Positions 24,301 through 36,944 of a DNA stretch of 64,000 nt are shown piece after piece. Position numbers and translations under genes: made by a program. The notes under the pieces were generated by a model that saw nothing but the letters and a program-made list of their open reading frames with translations, did no database searches and was not told the DNA's origin. The stretch covers positions 704,074 through 768,073 of the forward strand of contig RHPI01000277.1 in the NCBI GenBank assembly GCA_009103225.1, read 5' to 3'. This DNA is from Chlorokybus atmophyticus. Lineage: Eukaryota > Plantae > Mesostigma and Chlorokybus algae. How positions within the stretch are numbered: the first letter of the stretch is position 1; each line of letters opens with the position of its first letter.

Positions 24301-27300
24301 TGTATGCACCATCATGACATGTTCTGTTTTGTAACAGAACAAGAAGACAGAGACCATTCGTGGTTCCGTGCGCGCGCGTGTGTGCTCTCCTGTCCATGTT
24401 GAGTTGGCTCCTGGCCTCCACGAGACGGATGAACCCCTGCGCTTGCCCTGGGCAGAAGGCGTGCAACAAGACTACAAGCTCAACGCTGCTGGTGGTGAGT
24501 CGCACCAGTCCGATGCGTGTTGGAACACATGTATGACACTTCAGTACTAACACTATGTACCATGGTAGGCTGCGGTGGCCCGTACAAGTGGTCTGTCGCG
24601 GATGAATCGGTAGCGACAATCTCTGCGGACGGCCGGGTTGTTGCCTTGCAGCCGGGTAGAACCAAGATTCACATAGAGGATGCGCGCAACTCTGCAAATG
24701 CCAATGAGGTCAGCTGTTGTTGTCACCACACACATGCGCGTGAGCATGTGTGTGGTGGTGCACGCACGCACGCTGGTTAAGAGGTGGTTATGTTCATGTG
24801 CTGAGGTTCCATTGTCCTGGTAGATTGAATTGGAAGTGTCGGAGCCCACTGTTATGGAAGTACCTGAGAACCTGGCTGTTGAAGCGGGTATCGGGGATTT
24901 CTTGCTGGCAGGTCAGTTGTCATGGTTGGAGTCTTGCTTGGCATGCAAGTAATATTAAATCGTATGGTTTGCATATGCACTGTGAGTAAGTTGCATACAA
25001 AAATTACCAGTTTTTATCAACAACTACCAGTTTTCATCAATTAGTGGTAATCAAGTACATTGCGCGTTGCAGCCGTTTTCCTCAAGGACTCGCAGGGCCG
25101 CACCTACCACAACTGTACGGCCTTTGCTCCAGCAATATCCTGGGATGTCGATCATGAAGAGGTAGCTGTTTTATTATGCATTATTTTTGTTTTATATACC
25201 CGACATCCAAACACAGCGATTCACCCCGTGTTTCTGCCCACTCGATGCAGGTTCTCTCCAAGTTTGAAGAGGACAGCCCGAAGCAACTGCACAAGACCGC
25301 TCAGCTTGCGGATCCAGCGGCGTCTGGCATTACAGCATCTCTCAAGGTGAGTTTGTCAATACACCAAGGATAAGAAAACACTCAGGCACTTGTGTTGGGT
25401 GCGTATGCACATGCACTGTACGTGCACGCAGGCTGGCACAGGGGAGGCATGCGCGGCGGCATACTTTGTTTCCGAGTCGCCAGGCGTGGCAACAGTTTCG
25501 GCGGACCTGGACTTGGGCAAGCTAGAGCCTGTGAGAGCAAAAGTGTTGCTGGTAAGGTTGATGCCATGCAGCAAAGATGTGTGGGGTTAGGACAGCTTAT
25601 GACAATAGCAACCTGGATCGTGTGCCCTTGCAGTGCGTGATTGTGAAGGTTTTCTTGACCAGTTTAGTTTTCTGTAAAGCATACATTGCTACCTGTGTAC
25701 CTCTTAGACGTGTGTCAAATGTGTGTAGGGCAAGGTGCCTGTGCATCTGAAGACCAATTGGGAGGTGCATGTGTTCTCGCCGCTCACGGTGCTCAACAAG
25801 CGGCCGTCGTACGGCCATGGAGGCCTGCGCACGGTCCCGTCTATCACGTCCGAGCTGCTTCTTGCACCTGGTGCAACCGCGACACTGCTGCTGCAGGTAC
25901 TACAGATCTTGCATTGCTTGCGTGCGCTGAAACACTAGGTCACGTCTACTTACTCGTATGAGTGTTATCAGGGGGGGCCAGAAAAGTGGCGCACTGGCCA
26001 TGATGTGGCGGACGATGCGCATGTTGCATCTTATGAGGCGGAAGAGCCCGCGGTGGCAGTGGAGCGCGGCACAGCAAGTACGTGGGCTGGCTAAGAAAGA
26101 GGGATGTGTTGGCCATCATGTGTGGCGTTGTGCGTTATTGATAATATTGCTTGCGCGTGCAGGCAAGGAGTTGATTGTCACTTGCCTTGGGGTTGGCACA
26201 GCCACAGTGACATTTCATCGCCGGGTCGTGCCTATCACAGGTGATATTTACTCTGGGACGCAAGTATAAGGGTCTGTGTTGCTCAGTAATGTCTTGCGCA
26301 ACTGCGCGTGTGTGTGAGTGTTTGCAAGAGAGGCACGGATGTGTGTATCGGTATTATGTCTCAAGTATTTCTCATCTATGTTGCTTTAGGCTACCACGAG
26401 CGCCCTGCTTCGGCCACAGCTGCTGTGAAGGTCACCTGCGCAGTACCCAACAGGCTGCTCTTGGTCGCGCACGACTCAGAGGAGTCTGTGGATGCCGTCC
26501 CTCAAGAAGATGCCCCTGTCAGGTATAAGAGGGCCTCTATGGCACGCTCCACATGCCACTTGTCATCTCAAACTGTCCCAAACTTAACGCGCATCATCAT
26601 ACCGCAGTGTCACGCTTGGTCGGGAGGTTGTCGCAGTCGTCATAGCACAGGACAGCGCGCTCAATGGCGGCAGGCTGTTTGACAACGCGACCTCACTGGC
26701 GTGCGATCTCAACACGGGTCATGCGAAGGTGATTGCGGTTGAAGCGCCCTGGGAGCGACGCCTGCGCCCCTGCGACGAGCCTGCTCCGGGGGCTGTTGAG
26801 CTTGCGGCCCACGTCACCGGGATCAAGAAGGAAGCAAAGTCTGCACGCGCCACACCGGTAGAGTGTTATGTTGTGCGCACGTGTGTAGATATACGTATAT
26901 GTTTTGTTGCCGGCATGATGAAAGATGTACATCAGACGGGAAATGCCATCACTTTTTTTTTCCCACTCCTGTTACTATGTTACTATGTGAGACACGCATA
27001 GAGTTGGTAACATGATTATGTAGTGTGCTAGCATTTTATTCAAGAGGTTTGTTGTTGTACCCGTTTCGCAACTTTTTCGCTCACAATCAAGCTAGTGTGG
27101 CTTCACACGTGATGTTGCTACATGCAGGCTGCCTGGGCAGCGGCTCAGGCTCAAGTTGCGGAGCATGTTGGGATGCTGCAACACAAGCTGAAGGTCAACT
27201 GCGTGGAGCCCCTGTCCCTCCAGCCCGCGAGTCTTTTGCTCTACTATGACTCCAACGCCACCACGCCGCTCTCCGTCCTCGGAGGCACCGGCCGATTCCA

Positions 27301-30300
27301 TGCCGAGAGCTCCGACCCATCGGTTGTGGAAGTCATACAGGCAAGGGTTGGGTTAGATAGTCTATGCACGTGTGTATGCAAATATGCACGCACACATGAA
27401 CAAACACACGCGTGTGCATACATGCTTGCTTGTATGTGGGCACATGTGCATGTGTCAGGCGAGCAGTGTGCTGACAGTGTGTTTTGCATGACAGGGCAAT
27501 GGCGTTGTCTTGTTGAGGCCCAAGAGTGCCGGGCATGCAGAAGTGGTGGTGAGGGATGACGGCGTGACGGGGCCCACAAGCACAGCCACAGCGCGCGTGC
27601 GCGTGGCGGACGTGAGCGCGGTGCGCGTTCTCCTACCCTCAACAAGCGTCTCCGTGCCCCGCGGCGGCCGCCTCCTCATCCCTGTGCAGGCCATCGATGA
27701 CCAAGGAGAACCCTTCCCAGAAAGCCAGGCGAGAGAATGCTTGTGGACACTGCGCTGACAGAGATCCAGCACTTACACTTGCCTGACCTTTGAACTTGTC
27801 ATGCAGGTGGCGGCCATGAAGCCCGATATTCACGTATCCGATGCAGTGCTGGTGCCATGCAAGGCCTCCGAAGACGAGGAACTGCTGCACTTGGAGTCTC
27901 ATGTCTTGTGCCTTGAGGTATGCTACTTGTCAATTGGTAGTTGTCTCCTAGTTGTCTTCAGGCGTTCGTCACGTTGCATTGTACATGGCATAAGATTGAT
28001 ATGAAGTCTTTCATAAACACACACCTCTCTGTTTATCAGGCTGCTGAGGAGGGCACAGCGGACTTCTACGTGGCCGTGCACAAGTCTGATAGGTCGACAG
28101 TGAAGAGTGACCTTGTGCATGTGACAGCTTTTCCGCCTCTGACCCTCCACCCCGCTGAACTGAAGCTCGCCCCGGGCGCCTCCCGCGGAGTCACCGCCCA
28201 CGGCGGACCTCCATCAGGAGCTACTGTGCGCTACTGGAGCGACGACCCCTCCATCGCAACTGTTGAGAGCCTCACGGGTAAGTGGGACAAGTGTCGAGTG
28301 GGTGATTGGGTGCAGTTGGCGGTGGGTGTGGGAGTGTAAAGCGCGGGAGTGTTGTTGATGTGAGTCGGTATACAATCTGTGCAGGGAGGGTGACGGGTGT
28401 GGCACTGGGTGATACAAAGATCTACGCCATTTGCGAAGGGTCTAATGGAGAGACTTATGGCACGGCTCATGTCAGCACGCATGTCACGCCAGTCAAGGTA
28501 TGCTGCTCACATGGTGGGCAGTGCATGTGGTGGTATTGCACTGGTGGTTGCCCCATGCGTAAAGAAATGTTGCATGTGACACATGGGGTTTGCACAGGGT
28601 TTCAAGCTTGACTTGAATGGAGGCACGCTGGCAGTCAATCGCAGTGTGGCAGTGTTTCCAACTGGACTCTCAGAGGGCGAGGACCTGTTGTTCTTCGGCC
28701 CCGTTTGCACCAACTATCAGTGGTCCGTGAACCACCCCGAGGTAAGGACCTGGGCAACATTAGTTCTCAACGTGTTGCTTTCGTGGCCATAGTTGGTGTC
28801 AACTCAGTCATCGTTCGCACGTGCAGGTGTTGTCTATTGAGCCTCTCGGCACGATGCCATCCGAACATGGGCTCTCAGCCCTCGGCGAGATTGATGACGG
28901 CTTTGAAGCGCGCATGACGGGACTCTCACCTGGCAAGGCCACTGTCACGCTTAAGGCCTCCTGCAACACGCAAGGCCTCAAGCCCCAGGTGAGGGCTTGC
29001 ACACAAGCCTGGCAAAGCTCACTTGGCGTGCACTGCATTTGTATTCATCTTTGTCTCTCACAAATAGACAATCAAAGCGTCGGGTACGGTTTTGGTCGTA
29101 GCTGATCTGCCTCTGGCTCTCGGCGACTGCGCCACGTGGGTCCTGCCGAAAGGCATCACCACGCGGCCCCTCCCGCATGAAATGGGGGCCGGGCGCAACG
29201 CAGACAAGGGTGCCCATGTGACCTACTCTATCATGGAAGATCAGGTGCGCGACCCCCCCCCCCCTTNNNNNNNNNNNNNNNNNNNNNNNNNNNNNNNNNN
29301 NNNNNNNNNNNNNNNNNNNNNNNNNNNNNNNNNNNNNNNNNNNNNNNNNNNNNNNNNNNNNNNNNNNNNNNNNNNNNNNNNNNNNNNNNNNNNNNNNNNN
29401 NNNNNNNNNNNNNNNNNNNNNNNNNNNNNNNNNNNNNNNNNNNNNNNNNNNNNNNNNNNNNNNNNNNNNNNNNNNNNNNNNNNNNNNNNNNNNNNNNNNN
29501 NNNNCCCGCATCAAAAAACAAAACCACACCCACACGCCCCCATGCGCATGCATGTAGCAAGCAAGCTTGCATGAGTTGATGCACAATTCTTGGCGGGCAG
29601 GGTGCGGCGGATCCGAAACAAGTGTACAAAGTGGCACAGTTGGGTGAGGGTGACCGGATCCAGACTGGCGACGAGCAGGGTGTGGCGTGCGTGAGGGCAT
29701 ACGAGGCAGCAACCCAACGCGAGCGCGTGGCCGTTTGCGTGCGTGTTGCTGACATCGCCCGCCTCCGCCTCTCAGACAAGGATGAATCCCCACACTCGGC
29801 AGAGCTATCACTTGGGTCCGATGCCACCTTCCACTTAGAGTTGCAGGTGTGTGTGCGCGCATGTGATGCACTTAACCCTCTCTTCATGAGGCACCTTCAG
29901 GTGCGTGTACTGAGACACAACACACAATGCAGGATGAGGTTGGTGAGGACTTTGTGCCATTGCGTGCTGGCGAGGTCACTCTTTACGTTGAAAACAACGC
30001 GCCGGACGTGGCGGAGGTCACAGGCCCCGCCATCGATGAAACCGTCCACGCCTCCGAGCGCAAGCCACTCGCGCTCACCGTCCGCGCTCTCCGCCAGGGC
30101 TCGGCCCTCATCCGCGTGCAGCTCGCATCCAACCCTCAGGTTGCCAACTACATTGCCGTCAGGGTTGGTGAGTACGTCACGCCGCGGAAGCCGGTCGTGC
30201 ATCTGGGCGGGAAAGTGAGGTTCGCTGCGAGTGGAGCGGCACCCACTGCAGAGGTGGGTATATTGTGGACGTACCAAATGCTGGCATCATGTTGGTCTTT

Positions 30301-32202
30301 TGTGCGCATGCAAGTGTGGTTGTGTGCGCATGTATACTTGTGCGACTTGTCTAGCTGCGCACTGAACCTATGTACCATGTACAGGGCCACAACGTGTGGT
30401 ATACGGCAGATCCGAAGGTCTTGCGCATCAGTAAGTGACTGCTGCCCCATCACTGCTTGCATGACATAAGTGGCTGTTGTGGAAAGAAATGATCACAAAG
30501 ACATGTACCAATTGCATCCGTGGTTCTGTCAGATCCTGTGAGTGGAGAGGCAGTGGCGCTGTCAACCGGTACTACAACAGTGCACTACAATGGGACGCAT
30601 CTGAAGACCTACACCTCTGCAACTGTTGCCACCATTGCGACCGCGGAGGTGACGCCCCTCGACGGGCTGCGCGTGTTGACGAATGTGCCCGAGCCCGGGG
30701 CATCTGTCCGCCGCCAGCTTTTCACGCTGCGCTTCAAGGACGCCCACAACAACACTATCAGCGACGACGCCGGCAACAATGACAATCGTGTCGAGCAGCG
30801 CATCGCGTTCGTGTGCCGCCTGTCGCCCCCGGAACTTGGCTCTGCTGTCACGTACACAGATGCATACACTGGCCAACACTACTGCATCGTGGAGCTGCAC
30901 TCGCCTGCCACACTCGCAGCCTCTGCCCTTCAACTCGGCGTATGTGCTACTCTCTGCATGCGTGCTTGTGCATCTACGTATGCATGTGTGGGATGTGTGG
31001 GCGAGTGCACATGCATGCGTACAAGTGTCTGCGCTTTGCTCCAATGCTGGTGCCTTATGTGTACTTCTTGTACAGGCTGATGTGGTGGAAGCCAAGTCGG
31101 TGGTGGTCAAGGCCGAGGCATTTGGTGGGATAGAGGGCGTGAAGAAGTATTCGGTGGAAGGGCGCACGACAATGCCGTTTGCACCCGGGTTTGAGATTGA
31201 GCCTGCTGCCCCGCCCGAGCTTGTCCTCTCTTCCATTGCTAACGACACCATCCTCACAATATATGGCGACACGGATGCTGTGCAGCCCGTCTGGCACCAT
31301 CATGACGCTCTCCAGGTAGCCTCAACAAACATCATCGCAACATTCAGGTGTGACGCACGCTTTTGGGTACCAGGTAACTGATGGCTGTTGCATCCAGGTG
31401 CGTCGCATCAGTGAAGATACAGGTGTGGGTGGTGCAGCAGGGCGAAGCATGTTTGTTGTCAAGCTTCTGCAGAAGGACAAGCCCTTCTCAGATGTGGTGA
31501 CCTTCACCAACCCTGCAACAGGTGCGCTTGTTGGAACCAGATTATGTCATGGTTGCCAAGCAAAGACCATGGAGACAGTATTCTGTTGTCAAAGCCATGT
31601 GCAAGTACTAATGAAATGGTACATTAGGGCAACGACAAGAGCTGCGCGTGCAGTTGCCGTCCGGCAGCGTGCTGCCAAAGCTGGCAAAGCTCGCACTTGG
31701 CGCGTTGACCGTGCTTGCGTGCGTGCTCGCCAGCCTCCTGTGCATGGCGAGGGCACGCGGCGGCGCTGCGCCACGCCGACCCAAACCATCACACCGCACG
31801 ACGGAACCGCCAGCTGGCGCTCCCCCTGCAGGTGCACACGTTAGCATACCATGTGGCATGCTCAATGAAGGGCTGGCCTACATGAAATGCTACAGCAATG
31901 TGTTTCCCGCCCTGAAGCATCAGCGTGTTGTATTATTATATGCTAATGATGGACTGCATTCAGGTCGTTTACAACTGTGTCGATGTGCAGGTGCGACACC
32001 GTCTCCTGCAGCGCCCCCAGTGCCGATATCCCCGGTCCCGCTGCTTCCAGGGCAGTCGCCAACTCCGTTTCGCAGCTACCGGGATGACAGCGGTGACGTA
32101 GTAACGCCCACCGGATATCGCAATGGCAGCCCATACACCACCCCCGCGGTGCAGCAGAGGCGCTCGCCAAGCCATTGGGGCGAGCCCACGCTCACGAGGT
32201 GA
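21358..32202 (+). CDS. NUP210: Nuclear pore membrane glycoprotein gp210, ~30 exons
   Basis: Signal peptide, then ISHVAVLLPP..GHNGCFDW, GCSTSALI, VILA..GKVLRCAV, VRAYDAMDNVFSAL. Repeated Ig-like units (YKWSVSDPSVASID, YKWSVADESVATIS, YWSDDPSIATV, YQWSVNHPEV). One C-terminal TM helix and a short SP/TP-rich tail. Confidence 0.85.
29267..29504. other. Assembly gap (N run)
   Basis: N run after a poly-C tract in a NUP210 intron. Confidence 1.
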
Positions 32203-35200
32203 TATTTGAACTTGTGCGCGTGTAGCTGAGGGTTCCGCACAGTACATTTGGATGGAGTTGTGGTAGCCAGTTTCCTTTTCTTTGCGCTTTGCTCTTGCTT
32301 TTGTGCATATGATAGGTAGCCTTATTTACAGAGAGTCACTATTGAGAGTTAGTATTTGCACTTGATCTACCACAGCTAGTGTTAATGTATTGACTGTACA
32401 GCAACCCTGATCTGGTTGTCATGTGCGTGTCGGCAACCAACCATGCAAATCTAATAAGTGAACTTACTGCAAATGCTCTGAGTGCTCGTTGATGGTTGAG
32501 CTGAATATGCATAAACGCAATTGGTGTTGTGCATAAAGCAATGTATCTGAAACTTAGCAAGCGGTAAGCACGACATAGTACATAACATCAAAGCGGATGA
32601 TAAGCATTGCAAAATCCAAGAACTGTACCGAAACATGTAGGAAAAATATTGTATTGAAATGGTCTCACTCATCGATTATGCTGGAGTGCACGAGCTTGAC
32701 GGTGGTGTGCAGCTATTATGCTACATGTTGGCACACACTGATAATGTAGCATGCGTGCTATACGTATACGTAGCGTAGCATTACACTTATATAAATGTAC
32801 CGACGGACTACTTTTACCAAGCTCATTGTGTTAGCACTTTGCTCGCCGCAATTGTATTGTGTCCATTACTCTTGTAGTAGAGTCTTTGGATTGCATGCTA
32901 CATGAAATGCAAACTCTGAAACAATCGCAATGTCCATAAAAAGAGTGCTAATTTTTTGTTAACTCAAAAGAATGATGCCGTACAATGTGTGCATTGATAG
33001 ATGTATACTGATTGAGCTAATTGGTGAGTGTGAAGCAAAAACTCTTGAAATGCTGATGATTATGCAGCTTACCAATGCGCAATGCTATAGTATTGATACT
33101 CAAGTAACATCAGACTTGATGATGAGTGCGCGAAACAGTTTAATATATGTTCCACAACGCGTATCAATGCTATGGTCACGTTTCTACCCTATGATATGCT
33201 TTACAATTTCAAGTTAAAATAAGTTATCAGATTTGCACAGCATATGTTACTCATGTTACTGCACCCGGTCTTTATAGCAATGAGACATGTGTTTGTAAGC
33301 ACATGTTTATAAATAGCTAATGCAACTTGCAACTAAAAGGTTACTCATTTGCAATATGCTCAAGTTGGCACATGCTTATCATGTTTACATATCTAAGCAT
33401 AATGTGCTGCAGTTTTCATATGACGGTGAAATTGCTGTCATGCTTAACCATTACTTCAAAAATCTCAGATTTGAACTTTTGAATTTACTTTTTAGTTGTG
33501 CATCTAAGACACATGTGTATTTGATATATAATGCCGCAATACGTTGTTTGCAGCCGAGTTGCCAAGCCCGATTTTAATATAGTTTTCATATGATTTTTTC
33601 ATATAGGCATCAAAATTAGTATGGTAGTCTTATCATATAATCGTCATCTATTTTTGTGTTTACCGCCTGCATCGTTAGTTGCGTCATCGCTATTCATTAT
33701 GATCGCCCAAGCAGCATGTGCATTTTTTATTGTTGAGGTAAGATAGGCGCCCGGCAATGGTCAGACTGGTGTGGCTCCATTCAACCACGTGATGAAGTAT
33801 ACAGGTCAACGAACCGATTCTAAACCATGCAATTTCACTCATTTTATAGACCACAAGTTAAGTTCATAGGCAAGGACCAAGTAAGCCACATTATATGCGC
33901 TTTTTAGCTAAGTTAATTCGAAGGTTGTAAAACTTGGAAGTTGTGTTGTTTATCTTAATGTTAAGCACACGAGCAAGTGAGTACGTAATTTAACAATATA
34001 TTGTTAAAGAGATTATTAAACAAATAAGATGTGAACAAGTGTGTTTCGGACAGAACTTCATCTTGTATTAGTCGTAGGCACTTTGCAAGTGTAAGATAAC
34101 TTAAGCACCATAATCCATGTGGCGCTGAAGGTCTTTTGATGTGGCGACAACATTATTGCTACTACACTGCATTAGTAAAGGACTATGCGAACAATAACGG
34201 CAATGGCTATTTATGTTTTGCGCTCGTGATGTGAGTTAATCATACTTAAAATGATGCGTATCTGGCGGGTAATCCAGGGGCACCGGTAGCGGCACCGCTA
34301 GTGTGGTGCCTTAACCTCATGTGCAGTCCAACCCTCGTAACATGGATGACTGCGCTGTCATGTTGACTAGGATAATATATCAGTTGCTGTGCCTTGTGGA
34401 TTTTGCACCTTTTCATGGTTGTGTACCAACTTGCATGAAATGTAGTAACATATGTATTGTACGGCTTTAGCTTGTCCACCGCGAGCTAATGTGCACTACC
34501 TGTTACAGCTTTGTGAGACGGTGCCGACATAAGACCGCGACGCTGTCCACCTTGTTGTCGTCGGCGTCAGCCATGGCAACCCCTTTGTTTAACGTTAGCA
34601 ACTTTGACGAAGATAGTGGCGGCTTCTCTAAGAGGTGTAACGCCGACATACCTCAACATGACTCATCAAGTTGGTCACTAAATGAATACCACGGTAGTAT
34701 TGCTCAAACGATGGTGCTATGGAAAGCAACTATCACAATCAGCAAAACAGACTTCGGCAAGAGCATCTACGTAAAAAACAAAATTCAATCAACGTTGATG
34801 TCGATGTATCGATGAGGAGCACAAGCAATTGGACGCTCTCAGGCGTGAAGTCATGGACGAGGTTCACACTGACATGAAATGCCGATTTATGCAACGGAAG
34901 GCATTTGCACAAAAAGTCAAATTAAGTCGTATGTTGTACCTTATTGTAGTTGGTTAACTAATTTTACTGCTAATGTGTAACGTGTTTTAGTGTTGTGTGT
35001 AAGCCACCTGATGCATACACACGTGCATGGTAGTGGAAAATCTGCAGGTGGGGTGCTGGAGGTATGCAGCTGAGCTGTATACTCACAAGCACTTTCAGGT
35101 TTTTTATGTTTGTATACACGTTACATTATCACTTTAACCATTAATGTTGTCCATGTGCTTACACATAAACAACAATGCAGGTGTAAGAAGATGAGATTTG

Positions 35201-35369
35201 TGGACGCCTACCGTTGATATAATGTGCTACCCAACTCCACTTAAAGTTGCAAAAAACAGTACTAAATACAATTACCGGCCAGTTGCTAAGTTGTTGTTCA
35301 CGATGTGGAAAATTTAAGATTTGACGGAGCAGCTGCGATGTGCGTAGCGGCGTTGGCGTGCGTGCGTGC

Positions 35370-36144
35370 GTCGCAAATCTTACACGGTGACTGACAAGGG
35401 ATCGAGGGCCTAACGAGTGCCTGACCCTGCCTGACCCTACCTGACGTGACGGATTGTTCCATAAAGGGACTTTTTAGGACGGCCGTTTCTACCAAGCAAT
35501 ATATACCGACGGCAAGCGGTCGACCGACAAGTACAATCGACGGCGGCTTGCCTGTGACGGCAACATCGCACTTTAAGGTGATGGCCGATTGTCGGTCGTC
35601 CCATTTGCGCGATGGCGACCTATCTGTTTAGCGGATAAGTCACGTTTTTGTCACATATAGTGACGTCCGATCGCCGGTCGTACCTTGACCGTCGAAAAGT
35701 ATGCGCGACGGCCTGCCTACTTTGGCAAGCCAGTCACCGTTAGTCCCTATCAGGTGACCTTACCGCATTTATTAAGTGACGGCCGATCGCCGGTCGTGCA
35801 CTTAACGCGGCGGCGACCTACTTATTGTGTGTCAAGTATGATAAGCAAGTGACCGCCGGTCCTTAAGGGTCGGCAAGTCGGGACGGTGGTACTGGCCGGC
35901 TAGTCGAGACGCTGGTACAATGCAGCCGCCGTATTATGTCAATGGTACGAACAGTGCCATTGTTGCAATGGCACTATCGTACCATACCAATGGTACCATA
36001 GTGCCATTGCGACAATGGTACTTTCGTACCATGATAATAATACTATAATACTATAATGCCGTTGCGACAACGCGTTTGAATAACTTAGGCTGCCCAAGTT
36101 ATTTAAATGCACACTGGCTTCAAGATGAACAGAACAGCGTTGTG

Positions 36145-36180
<36 letters not shown>

Positions 36181-36944
36181 AATGGCTAGCTGTAGGTTAG
36201 CTTGGTTGCTGTCTAAAACTGTACTACGCGCAACACCGCATGCCATCTAACCACCCTCCTTGCCTTTGGGCGGCCAGGCCAGGCCAGGCTAGGCCAGACC
36301 AGGCCAGGCGGCGGCAGCGGCGGCGGAGTAGGAACGGCGGCGGCGGAGCTGGGGCGGGCGGTGCAGGAGCCGCAGCTCAGTACAAGGGTAGTACTAGCAG
36401 TAGTACCTAAGGTAGTAGTAGCAGTAGTGGTAGTGGTAGCAGTAGTGGTAGTCTCGTTGTACTAGCAGTAGTAGTAGTAGCTTAGTATATTACATTGTAA
36501 TTTATTTATTTTTCTTGTTTTCTATTAATTGTCACGCATTCTTGCACAGCTAATGATGACAATCACGTGTGACACCCATTCATGACTGAGCGGTACCAGC
36601 AGGTACCTTTCAAGGTACATATCATTAACGATAGGTACCTTAAGGTACCTGACAATTACGCTCAGTTAGCGTACAGTCGCCGGTACCTAGCTGATAGGTA
36701 TCGGTTAGTTACCTGTTAGTTAGGTCGAGGACCCTTTGCTTAACTGTTGAGTACCTAAAAGGTACCTATTAATTAGGGTCAGTCCCTTTATGCAAATGGC
36801 CGCCAACTAATGGTGCCGGCCGTTATGCTCAGGTCCCTGTATCGAGATTGCTGGTAGACTGAAGGTCGACAGTCTAAATGAGTATCCTCAGGTGCACGGC
36901 CGTTGCCAATATCCAGTCGGCCGGTAAGGGAAACATTTTGCGAC
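35370..36944. mobile_element. Non-coding TIR element (non-autonomous DNA transposon-like), 1575 bp
   Basis: Termini GTCGCAAA...TTTGCGAC, flanked on both sides by GTGCGTGC (35362-35369 and 36945-36952). Both ends have a second copy at 6948-7321. Interior holds hairpins and (GGC)n, (GGCCA)n, (AGT)n runs. Confidence 0.72.

Noticed and set aside
32500-34230. Kinase-like words (VALKVF, LIDY) in broken frames
   Set aside because: Order and spacing do not fit a kinase domain; too short to support a call.
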